Positions 29,952-38,193 of a DNA stretch of 64,000 bases are shown in pieces. The position numbers and the translations under genes are program-made. The DNA is from a candidate division FCPU426 bacterium (GTDB taxonomy: Bacteria > Oederibacteriota > Muellerivitia > Muellerivitales > Muellerivitaceae). How positions within the stretch are numbered: position 1 is the stretch's first letter; every line of letters starts with the position of its first letter. The notes below the pieces were generated by a model. The model was not told the origin of the DNA, made no database searches, and saw only the letters and a program-made list of their open reading frames with translations. The stretch spans positions 32,001 to 96,000 of the forward strand of contig CAWKAR010000028.1 of assembly GCA_963847625.1 (NCBI GenBank). Direction: 5' to 3'.

Positions 29952-31292
29952 TTAAAGACCGTATTTTTTCATTCTATTAAAAAGGGTTTTTCGGGTGATG
30001 CCGAGTTCCTCGGCGGTCCTGGTCTTGTTCCAGTGGAATTGTTGGAGGGCCTGTTCCAATCGTGCTTTTTCCTCGCTCGCCTTTATACCGGTGCCTGGAG
30101 CCTCATCGACCGTGGTTATCCCCCCTTCGATGATCTCGTCCGGTAAATCGTCCAATCCAACCCGAGTCCCCTTACAGCAAAGGGCCATTCGGTTCACCAC
30201 GTTCTTCAATTCACGGACGTTCCCGGGCCAAGGATAGGCTTCAAACTCCTTCAGCACCGTATCCGGGAGTGGTTCCAGTTTCCGGTCGTAGGCCCGGCAA
30301 GCCTCGCTCCAAAAAAACCGGGACAACTCCACGATGTCTTGAGGGCGGCCCCTCAGGGGAGGCAGGGTCAGCGGAATGACGTTCAAGCGGTAGTAAAGGT
30401 CCAATCGGAAACGGCCCTCCCGGCTTTCCTTCTCCAAATTTCGGTTGGTGGCGGCGATCACCCTGACGTCCAATTGGATCTCCTTGACGCTCCCTAAGCG
30501 GCGCAGTTTTTTTTCCTCCAACACCTTCAATAGTTTGGCTTGGGTGGAAAGCGGCATTTCACCGACCTCGTCCAGGAAAATGCTCCCGCCATGGGCCGCC
30601 TCGAACAGCCCCAGTTTCTGCTTACGGGCATCGGTGAAAGCCCCGGCCTCGTAACCGAAGAGCTCCGATTCCATGAGCGTCTCGGGAAGAGCCCCACAAT
30701 GCAGTTCTACAAAAGGCTTTGTCGACCTAGGGGAAAGGAAATGAATGAGTTTGGCCACATGCTCCTTGCCGGTTCCAGTCTCCCCCAGGATCAGGGCCGT
30801 CACCTGGTCCTGCCGCGCCAATTGTTCGATGCGGCCGTAAACCTCCCGCATGGCGGGGTCGGGCAGGTAAAGGTATTCGTTGGCGAACTGTTCCTGCAAG
30901 TAGCGCTTCAGGGCCGTCACTTCCTCCACCAATCCCCGTTTTTTCGCGAACCTTGCCAGGACGATTTGAAGGTCATCCAGATTCAGGGGTTTCTGAAGGT
31001 AATCCTCCGCCCCGGCCTTGATGGCCTCCACCGCGGTTTTAACGCCGGCGGCGGCGGTCATGATGATGACCGATGTGGAAGGGAATCGGGCTCGAAATTG
31101 CTCCAGGAGGTCCAGGCCGTTCCCATCGGGCAAGTAGAGGTCCAGCAGGATCAGGTCGGGCCGGAATTTCTCGGCCTTTTCGCTTCCCTCGGCTCCCGTA
31201 AAGGCGCTTTCCACCTCGTGGCCTCCATCCTTGAAAAAAGGGACCATGGATATGTGCATGGATTTCTCGTCGTCAATAACCAGTATTTTCAA
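29952..31292 (-). CDS. Sigma-54-dependent response regulator (NtrC/AtoC family)
   Basis: Receiver; GETGTGKE, ESELFGYEAGAFTDA, FLDEVGE, FRLDLYYRLNV, WPGNVREL; Fis-type HTH. Confidence 0.96.
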   Translation of the reverse strand: MKILVIDDEKSMHISMVPFFKDGGHEVESAFTGAEGSEKAEKFRPDLILLDLYLPDGNGLDLLEQFRARFPSTSVIIMTAAAGVKTAVEAIKAGAEDYLQKPLNLDDLQIVLARFAKKRGLVEEVTALKRYLQEQFANEYLYLPDPAMREVYGRIEQLARQDQVTALILGETGTGKEHVAKLIHFLSPRSTKPFVELHCGALPETLMESELFGYEAGAFTDARKQKLGLFEAAHGGSIFLDEVGEMPLSTQAKLLKVLEEKKLRRLGSVKEIQLDVRVIAATNRNLEKESREGRFRLDLYYRLNVIPLTLPPLRGRPQDIVELSRFFWSEACRAYDRKLEPLPDTVLKEFEAYPWPGNVRELKNVVNRMALCCKGTRVGLDDLPDEIIEGGITTVDEAPGTGIKASEEKARLEQALQQFHWNKTRTAEELGITRKTLFNRMKKYGL

Positions 31293-34200
31293 ACTGGACC
31301 CTCCTTCGCGGAAGGCAGTCGGAGAATAAAAGACGTGCCCCTCGTGAGACGTTCCACCTTTAGTTCCCCGCCGTTCGCCTCGGCGATTTTACGGCTGACC
31401 GAGAGCCCCAGCCCAGACCCGTTGGATTTGGTGGTGAAAAAAGGCTCAAAAAGCCGCGATTGAACCTCGTCGGTGATGCCCGGCCCGTCGTCCTGGACGG
31501 CCAGGAACACATCCCGGCCCTCTTCCCAGCACTTCAGGGTCAGGACTCCCTCCTCCCCCATGGCCTGGAATGCGTTCAGGATCAGGTTGGCCAGGATCTG
31601 CTGGATGCGGTAGGGGTTGGCGAAAAGGAAATAACGACCGGGCTCAAAATCCCAACAGACTTTTATCTTGGCATTCTTGGGGCCGAATTGCGCCTGGGCC
31701 TGCCGCAGGGAAACCGCCAGGAGGTCCCGGGTGTCTTTGAGAGTCTTTTCCTCAGCGGAACGGTCCCTGGCGAAATCCAGGGTGTCGTCCACGAGTTTTT
31801 TCAACCGTTCGGACTGCTCTATTACGTTTTGAGTCTGTTCCACGATCTCCGGCTGGGTCCCGTATTTACGCTGGAGGTATTGGGCGGATAGGGAGATGCC
31901 CGAGAGGGGGTTTCGGATTTCGTGGGCCAGCCCGGCCGCCATTTCCCCGATGGCGCTCAATCGTTCGAATTTCATGATGGCTTGCTCCGCGTTCTTGCGC
32001 TCGGTCAAGTCCCGCATACAAGCGACGATCATCTTTTCCGCGCCGAATTGGATGCCAAAACTGAGGGCCTCCACTTTGACAATGGAACCGTCCTTCCGGA
32101 CTATCTTCCGCTCGGCCGGAGGATTGAACCCGCCAGATTCCAATGCGCTTTTTAGTCTGGAACGAACGGTAACTTTTTCATCCGGGTGAAGATGGAAATC
32201 CCAAGGCCGGCCGACCACTTCCTCGCGGCTGGCGTACCCGGTGAGTTTCAGGAAGGAGGGATTGGCGTAGTAAATCACCTCTCCCCAGTGGATCAGGATG
32301 GCTTCAGGGGAATTCTCCACAAGCGCTCGGAAGTTTTCCTCCGACCGCCGGAGTTCCGCTTCGGCTTTTTTCTTTTCCGTGAGGTCCTGAACCACCGCCA
32401 GGACAGCAGGTTCCCCTTCGGATAGGACAGAAAGACTCATGATCTCAAGATAAACCGTCCTGCCGTCCTGCCTCAGAAACCGTCTTTCGACAGGAGGATT
32501 ATGCACTCCCGGTTTCAACCGGGCGATTCTCTCCCGGGCCTTATCCCTTTCCTCGGGATGGACTAATTCCACGGATACTGTCCCGATTAATTCTCCGGCC
32601 TTTTCATATCCCAATATCCTCAGGGCCGCCTCGTTGATATAGGTGATTTTCCCCAAGCGATGAACCCAAATCCCGTAGGGGATCTTTTCCAGAAGGGTCC
32701 GGAATTTTTCCTCGGATTGCCTGATGGCGTCCTCGGCCAGGACCCTTTCAGTCATGTCACGATAGTTAAAAATGATTCCCCGGATGGCGGGATGGTTCAA
32801 CAGGTTGGTGCAGGCCACCTCGAGGTGCTTCAAGGATCCGTCTTTGTGCCGCACCAGCAGGCGGGCTGTGCGGGTCCCATCGACATCCTGGACAAACCGC
32901 TCGAATTCAAGTCGGATATCCTTGCGGTCCTCTTCGGACAGTAGTTCCATGAACGAGTGTCCAACCCGCTCTTCCGGATCGTAACCCAGGATTCTTTTGA
33001 TGGAGGAACTCAAATAGAGGAGTTTTCCATTCGCGTCCACCACATCGATTCCGTCATAGGACTTCTCGATGAGGCTCCGGAATTTCTCCTCGGATTTGGC
33101 CAGCGCTTCCTCGGCGAGTTTTTTTTCGGTCACATTCCGGGAGTTGACCACGATGCCGCCGACAGCGGGGTCGTGGAGAAGGTTCGTGGCGACAACCTCG
33201 AAATCAACCAAATGACCGTCCTTGTGGCGGGCCTTGATTTCCGTTCGGATAGGCATGCCGGGCGCGGCCAGGATGTGCTTCAGCAATTTATGCATTTTTT
33301 CATCGTCGGCCGTGACCCCCGAGTCCACAGCCGTTCCTTTTCTCTCGCCGGGAAGGTATCCCAGCAGCCTCTCCAACGCCGGGCTTTCATACAACCTTTC
33401 CCCATGGGGGCCCCAAATTTGGATCAAGTCGTGGGAATGCTCGATGAGACTCCGGAACCTTTTCTCCGATTTCACGACCTCTTCTTCGGATTTCCTTTTC
33501 TCGGTGACGTCCCGGAAAACGGCGCCAAAACCCATCACCGGGGCGTTATTCAACAGGTTCGTGATGGTTCCCTCCAACTTACGCCAGGAACCGTTCTTAT
33601 GCTTGCCCCGCAATTCAAACCCGATGGCTTTGCCGGGGTTGGCAGTGACGACCTCCACAATCTTTCCCAACACATCCAGGTCATCCGGGTGGACGAAACT
33701 CCCGTCCTGTCGCCCCATTAATTCCTCTGGAAAGTATCCCAAGACGTTCTTGACCGAAGGGCTCACATACTTCACATCGGATTGAAGATCCACAACGGCC
33801 AGGACATCATTGGAATTCTCGATGAGAGTCCTGAACTTTTCCTCGGATTGCTTGAGCGCCTCCCGGGTCTTCTTCTCCTCGGTAATGTCGCGGTAATTCA
33901 GGACCAAGCCGCCCACCATGGATTCCTGGAAATGGTTGGTGCCTGTTATTTCCAACGTCCGCCAGCTTCCGTCCTTGTGAAGAACCCGCAACTCATCCTG
34001 CTTCGTCACGCCGGGTAAGTGGGCCACTTCCTGGAAAAGGGCCATGGCCTTTTCCCGGTCCCCCGGATGGAGAATCTCGAAACAGCTCTTCCCCACCAAA
34101 TCCTCCGGCAGGTAGCCCAGGACGCCCTGCACCGAGGGGCTGACGTAGCGAATCAGGGTGTCGGGCCCGATGATCTTGATCCCTTCGTGGGATTTCTCGA

Positions 34201-35158
34201 TCAGTGTCCGGAACTTTTCCTCGGACGCCTTGATCGAGTCCAGGGCCAGCTTCCGCTCGGTGATGTCACGACAGGTGACAATGATGCCACGGACGGCGGG
34301 ATTTTTCAGGTGGTTGACGATCGTGGCTTCGACGGTTCGCCAGGAACCATCCTTGTGCTTGACACGCCCCTCCATCGTGGCGGTGGAGCCCTCCTTTTGG
34401 ACGATCCATCGGAAAACCTTGTGGAAGCCCTTCAAATCTTCCGGATGCACGAAAACATCCATTTTCTTTCCCAACAGCTCCTCGGTCTCATACCCCATCA
34501 TTTTTTTTTGCGAAGGGCTGAGGTACCGGACCAAGCCGTCGGCCCCCACCAGGGAAATGACGTCAAGGGAGTTCTCGGTGAGGCTCCGGAAGAGTTCTTC
34601 CGAGCCCCGCAGCGCCGCCTCAGCGCTTTTTTTCTCGGTGATGTCGTGGAAATTAAGGACCAAGCCCCTCACCCGGGGATCCTTGAAATGGTTGGCGCCC
34701 GTGATATCCAACGCTCTCCAGGTTCCGTCCTTGTGCCGGACGTTGAATTCTTCCCGGATGACGCAGCCGGGTGTTTCCGCGAGGACCTTAAAAAAAGAAC
34801 CAACTTTCTCGGCAATTTCAGGATGAAGCACTTTCAGGGGATTTTTACCGTCCAAGTTCTTGGGGGTATATCCCAGGACTCTTTCCAACGAGGGGCTGGC
34901 GTAGCGCACATGATTATCGACGCCGATAATCATGATCCCGTCGCTGTATTTTTCTACGAGGTTTCGGTATTGGTCCGATTGCCGGATCTTGATTTTTTTC
35001 CCGCGGGGTTTCTCCATGCGATTGGCCGCCGGTGAGAGTATTTCTGGAAGAATCCCCTTTTTTCCGGAGGGAAGACTTTTGGAGCCGGTCTTTTTTCGAC
35101 TATTCGGGGCCCTTTTAGAAAACAGCTTAGATGGGATTTTAGTTCTTTTTTGTTTCAT
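31289..35158 (-). CDS. Cytoplasmic sensor histidine kinase with 8 PAS domains
   Basis: Eight units starting (SEE)xFRxLxE and ending DITE-like; AHEIRNPL H-box, NLILNA, DDGPG, EPFFTTK, GSGLGL; no TM segment seen. Confidence 0.95.
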   Translation of the reverse strand: MKQKRTKIPSKLFSKRAPNSRKKTGSKSLPSGKKGILPEILSPAANRMEKPRGKKIKIRQSDQYRNLVEKYSDGIMIIGVDNHVRYASPSLERVLGYTPKNLDGKNPLKVLHPEIAEKVGSFFKVLAETPGCVIREEFNVRHKDGTWRALDITGANHFKDPRVRGLVLNFHDITEKKSAEAALRGSEELFRSLTENSLDVISLVGADGLVRYLSPSQKKMMGYETEELLGKKMDVFVHPEDLKGFHKVFRWIVQKEGSTATMEGRVKHKDGSWRTVEATIVNHLKNPAVRGIIVTCRDITERKLALDSIKASEEKFRTLIEKSHEGIKIIGPDTLIRYVSPSVQGVLGYLPEDLVGKSCFEILHPGDREKAMALFQEVAHLPGVTKQDELRVLHKDGSWRTLEITGTNHFQESMVGGLVLNYRDITEEKKTREALKQSEEKFRTLIENSNDVLAVVDLQSDVKYVSPSVKNVLGYFPEELMGRQDGSFVHPDDLDVLGKIVEVVTANPGKAIGFELRGKHKNGSWRKLEGTITNLLNNAPVMGFGAVFRDVTEKRKSEEEVVKSEKRFRSLIEHSHDLIQIWGPHGERLYESPALERLLGYLPGERKGTAVDSGVTADDEKMHKLLKHILAAPGMPIRTEIKARHKDGHLVDFEVVATNLLHDPAVGGIVVNSRNVTEKKLAEEALAKSEEKFRSLIEKSYDGIDVVDANGKLLYLSSSIKRILGYDPEERVGHSFMELLSEEDRKDIRLEFERFVQDVDGTRTARLLVRHKDGSLKHLEVACTNLLNHPAIRGIIFNYRDMTERVLAEDAIRQSEEKFRTLLEKIPYGIWVHRLGKITYINEAALRILGYEKAGELIGTVSVELVHPEERDKARERIARLKPGVHNPPVERRFLRQDGRTVYLEIMSLSVLSEGEPAVLAVVQDLTEKKKAEAELRRSEENFRALVENSPEAILIHWGEVIYYANPSFLKLTGYASREEVVGRPWDFHLHPDEKVTVRSRLKSALESGGFNPPAERKIVRKDGSIVKVEALSFGIQFGAEKMIVACMRDLTERKNAEQAIMKFERLSAIGEMAAGLAHEIRNPLSGISLSAQYLQRKYGTQPEIVEQTQNVIEQSERLKKLVDDTLDFARDRSAEEKTLKDTRDLLAVSLRQAQAQFGPKNAKIKVCWDFEPGRYFLFANPYRIQQILANLILNAFQAMGEEGVLTLKCWEEGRDVFLAVQDDGPGITDEVQSRLFEPFFTTKSNGSGLGLSVSRKIAEANGGELKVERLTRGTSFILRLPSAKEGPV

Positions 35159-35396
35159 ACCGCGCTCGAGGGGCCATCAAGAGGATGGTCGGAATGGAGT
35201 AATTGTTCCATCATCCTGGCAATGGGACAGGGACTTTGGATATTTTCTTGTTGTTTTGATAGTATAGCCCCCTTGATGGGGATTATTTCTTAATTTCCGG
35301 CGGGATCAGGTATTCCTTTCCCCGCAATCCCCAAAATGCCAGGATTTTTAACACTTTTTATTTAAGGCGAAAAAAACCATCTCGTGAAGGATTTTC

Positions 35397-36062
35397 ATGA
35401 AACAAATTCTAGTCTCCGCGTCCATCCTAGCCGCGAACCTGGGAAAACTCTCGGAAGAATGCCAAAGGGCCCTGAAAGCAGGCGCGGACATGCTGCACAT
35501 GGACGTGATGGACGGTCATTTTGTTCCCAACCTCACTTTCGGAGCGCCGGTTATCGCCGGGCTCAAGGGTCAGGTGAAGGCGCCTATTGAAGCGCATTTG
35601 ATGATCGAGAACGCCGAAAAGTTCATTCACGACTTCGCCAAGGCGGGTTCTACCGCGATTTTATTTCACGCTGAGACCGTGGAAGACCCGGTGACCCTCA
35701 TCCACCTCATCCGGGTTAACGGATGCAAGGCCGGTATGGTCCTTAATCCCGATACCCCGGAGGATATCCTGAAGCCTTTTGCCAAGGACCTGGACTCCGT
35801 GCTTTTCATGAGTGTTTATCCCGGTTACGCGGGCCAAGCCTTCATTCCCCGGGTCGTTCCCAAAATCAGCCGCTTTTCAAAGTGGTGCCGCGGGGAAGGC
35901 CTGGATCTGGATATTGCGGTGGATGGAGGAATCTCCCCCCAGACCGCGCCCGCGGCAGTCGAAGCGGGCGCCAACGTGTTGGTGGCCGCTACTTCCCTCT
36001 TCAAGGCTCCCAACATGGAACAAGCGATAAGAGCCCTGAAAACCGCGGGAGTAAAAACTTGA
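35397..36062 (+). CDS. rpe: Ribulose-phosphate 3-epimerase
   Basis: HMDVMDGHFVPNLTFG, EAHLMI, MSVYPGYAGQAF, VDGGI. Confidence 0.97.
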   Translation: MKQILVSASILAANLGKLSEECQRALKAGADMLHMDVMDGHFVPNLTFGAPVIAGLKGQVKAPIEAHLMIENAEKFIHDFAKAGSTAILFHAETVEDPVTLIHLIRVNGCKAGMVLNPDTPEDILKPFAKDLDSVLFMSVYPGYAGQAFIPRVVPKISRFSKWCRGEGLDLDIAVDGGISPQTAPAAVEAGANVLVAATSLFKAPNMEQAIRALKTAGVKT

Positions 36063-36103
36063 TTATTTCAAACCGTTTGGTTGGGAATGGGATGGATCAT
36101 TAA

Positions 36104-38140
36104 ATGTCTAAAATTAATGGCTTAAAAACATTGTTCCTGGTTTTTGGGTGTCTGGGTAGCGTGTTTTTGCTATTAGTCATGACTTGCGGTTGCGCGACCT
36201 CCCCTCTCAATAAAAAACAGCCGGGTGAAATCTCAGAGGCCGAGCAGCTCCTGTCACAGGCCGTGACCCAATTCCAGGAACCCGATGCTCCCAAATTCCT
36301 GGTCGTTTTGGACCAAGCCCAGGTGGATTGGAATCATGACAAAAGCATGAAGATCACGGTCCACCGGATTTGGGCCGCGTCGGCTAAGCCGGACGCGGCC
36401 CTTCCTCCCCTGGCCACCCTGAACCAGAATTCCCAGACCCTGGCGGTACAAACCCTAAATTTATATGACTTGAACAAGGACGGAACCTTCAGCCGGGTGT
36501 CCTCACCCGTCTCGTTGGAATGGACGACCCCTGAGCCCAACCTCCCCGAGGGTCTTTCAAAAATCGTTACCGTCCACTTGCCCGTCCTCGCCGCCCACCA
36601 GGCTCTCGAGGTGGCTTATACCTTGGAAACTAAAATCTCCAGCCTCATGTCCGAACGTGACTTTAAAAAGGACTTCAAAAAACCCCATCCCGTGGCGGCG
36701 GAGGGCAGCTTCGCCTTTTGCTGGAACGATTACACACCTTCCCTCAAGCGGGATCTGACTGTGAAGATGCCCTCGGACCTTTCTCTTTACGCCGTCAGGT
36801 TGCGGATGCCCCAAAACCTGCTGGTATCCGAGGAAAAACATTCCAAGGAAAAAACCGTTCATTTTTCAATGGATGACCCAGCCGACCCCATCCCGGTGGA
36901 AAGCTACCAGCCCGCCCTCCAGGACCTGGCCCCGCTGGCCGCCTTCACGGTCAACAAAAGCTGGGAATCATCCCTGTCGACCTATCGCAAGAGGGTCAAG
37001 ATGTACTTGGACGCCGAACCGGGGCCGGTGTATGACCTGCTCGGGGACGCCGGCGGCAACACGACCCTCCCCCTGGCCGACCGCCTTTCCAAATTGAAGG
37101 AGGCTATCCACCAAAAAGTGGAATGGGTGGATACAGGCCTGCCGGTTTACCTGAATCCGGACCGCCCGGTGAGCGAGATCATCGACAGCGGCAAGGGCAC
37201 CTCCCACGATCTTGCCATGCTGTTCGTCATGGCCCTGAAAGCAATCAAATTGAACCCGCAGGTTTACCTCTACCGCCAATCCACGAGCGGCGACCTGTTG
37301 GGGGACCTGCCAGCCCTCTCCCAATTTGACGGGATTCTGGTAGCCGTCTCCAGCGGCAAAGACCTCATCTGGCTGGACCCCACCGAGCCTCTTGCCGCCC
37401 CCCGTTTTCTTCCCCTGTCCTCCCTGGGTCGGCAGGCTCTTTCGGTGTTCACTCCCCTGACCTGGAAAACCCTTCCCCCCTTCACCGCCAGGGAACACCG
37501 CAAACACCGGGACCTCACCATGAGCTTCGATGCATCGGGCAAGCTGAAATGCACGGTCGACATGCGCGCTTACGGCTCCTCTGAGCTGGCCCTCCGGCGG
37601 TTTTTCAGGGCCACCACGGGCGACAACCGCCGGCAAGCGGTCTTAAAGTCCCTTTCCAAGCGTTTTCCGGGCGTTCGCCTCCTGGATTACCATTTCGGGG
37701 ACTACCGCGATTTGTCCACTCCTCTGGATGTTCATTACACCTTCGAGATCCCCCGTTACTCCAAATTTGCCGCTGACGGCGGCATGACCTTTTACCCCCT
37801 GGTTTTCGAGGACATTGACGACTTTTTCGCCACCCTCAAGGAAAGCCGTCAAACTCCCGTGGTTATCCCTCAAAACTTCAATTCGGAAACTCAGGCCATC
37901 GTGAAACTGCCAGGCGGGTATAAGACGGGGGATCTGCCCAAAGCCGTGATGACAACCAACCAAGTCGCGGAGTTCTCGGCGGACTCGAAGGTCCAATTCG
38001 ACACGCTCGTCTACGAGCGTTATTTGGGCTTGAAGCAGCGCACTATCCTTCCCGGTAACGAATACAAGGATCTATTGGAATTCTATCAGACCGTCCTGAA
38101 ACAGGACCGAACTCCCTTTATAGCCGAGAAGGCAAAATAA
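36104..38140 (+). CDS. DUF3857/transglutaminase-like exported protein (possible lipoprotein)
   Basis: Hydrophobic N-terminus with TCGC; central SGKGTSHDLAML...SQFDGILV...IWLDPT aligns with the GxGDCKD...FNH...WLDPT core. Confidence 0.7.
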   Translation: MSKINGLKTLFLVFGCLGSVFLLLVMTCGCATSPLNKKQPGEISEAEQLLSQAVTQFQEPDAPKFLVVLDQAQVDWNHDKSMKITVHRIWAASAKPDAALPPLATLNQNSQTLAVQTLNLYDLNKDGTFSRVSSPVSLEWTTPEPNLPEGLSKIVTVHLPVLAAHQALEVAYTLETKISSLMSERDFKKDFKKPHPVAAEGSFAFCWNDYTPSLKRDLTVKMPSDLSLYAVRLRMPQNLLVSEEKHSKEKTVHFSMDDPADPIPVESYQPALQDLAPLAAFTVNKSWESSLSTYRKRVKMYLDAEPGPVYDLLGDAGGNTTLPLADRLSKLKEAIHQKVEWVDTGLPVYLNPDRPVSEIIDSGKGTSHDLAMLFVMALKAIKLNPQVYLYRQSTSGDLLGDLPALSQFDGILVAVSSGKDLIWLDPTEPLAAPRFLPLSSLGRQALSVFTPLTWKTLPPFTAREHRKHRDLTMSFDASGKLKCTVDMRAYGSSELALRRFFRATTGDNRRQAVLKSLSKRFPGVRLLDYHFGDYRDLSTPLDVHYTFEIPRYSKFAADGGMTFYPLVFEDIDDFFATLKESRQTPVVIPQNFNSETQAIVKLPGGYKTGDLPKAVMTTNQVAEFSADSKVQFDTLVYERYLGLKQRTILPGNEYKDLLEFYQTVLKQDRTPFIAEKAK

Positions 38141-38193
38141 AGGTTTGAACCACCCCCATTGATTTAACTCCCTTTTCACTCCATAACCCGAAC

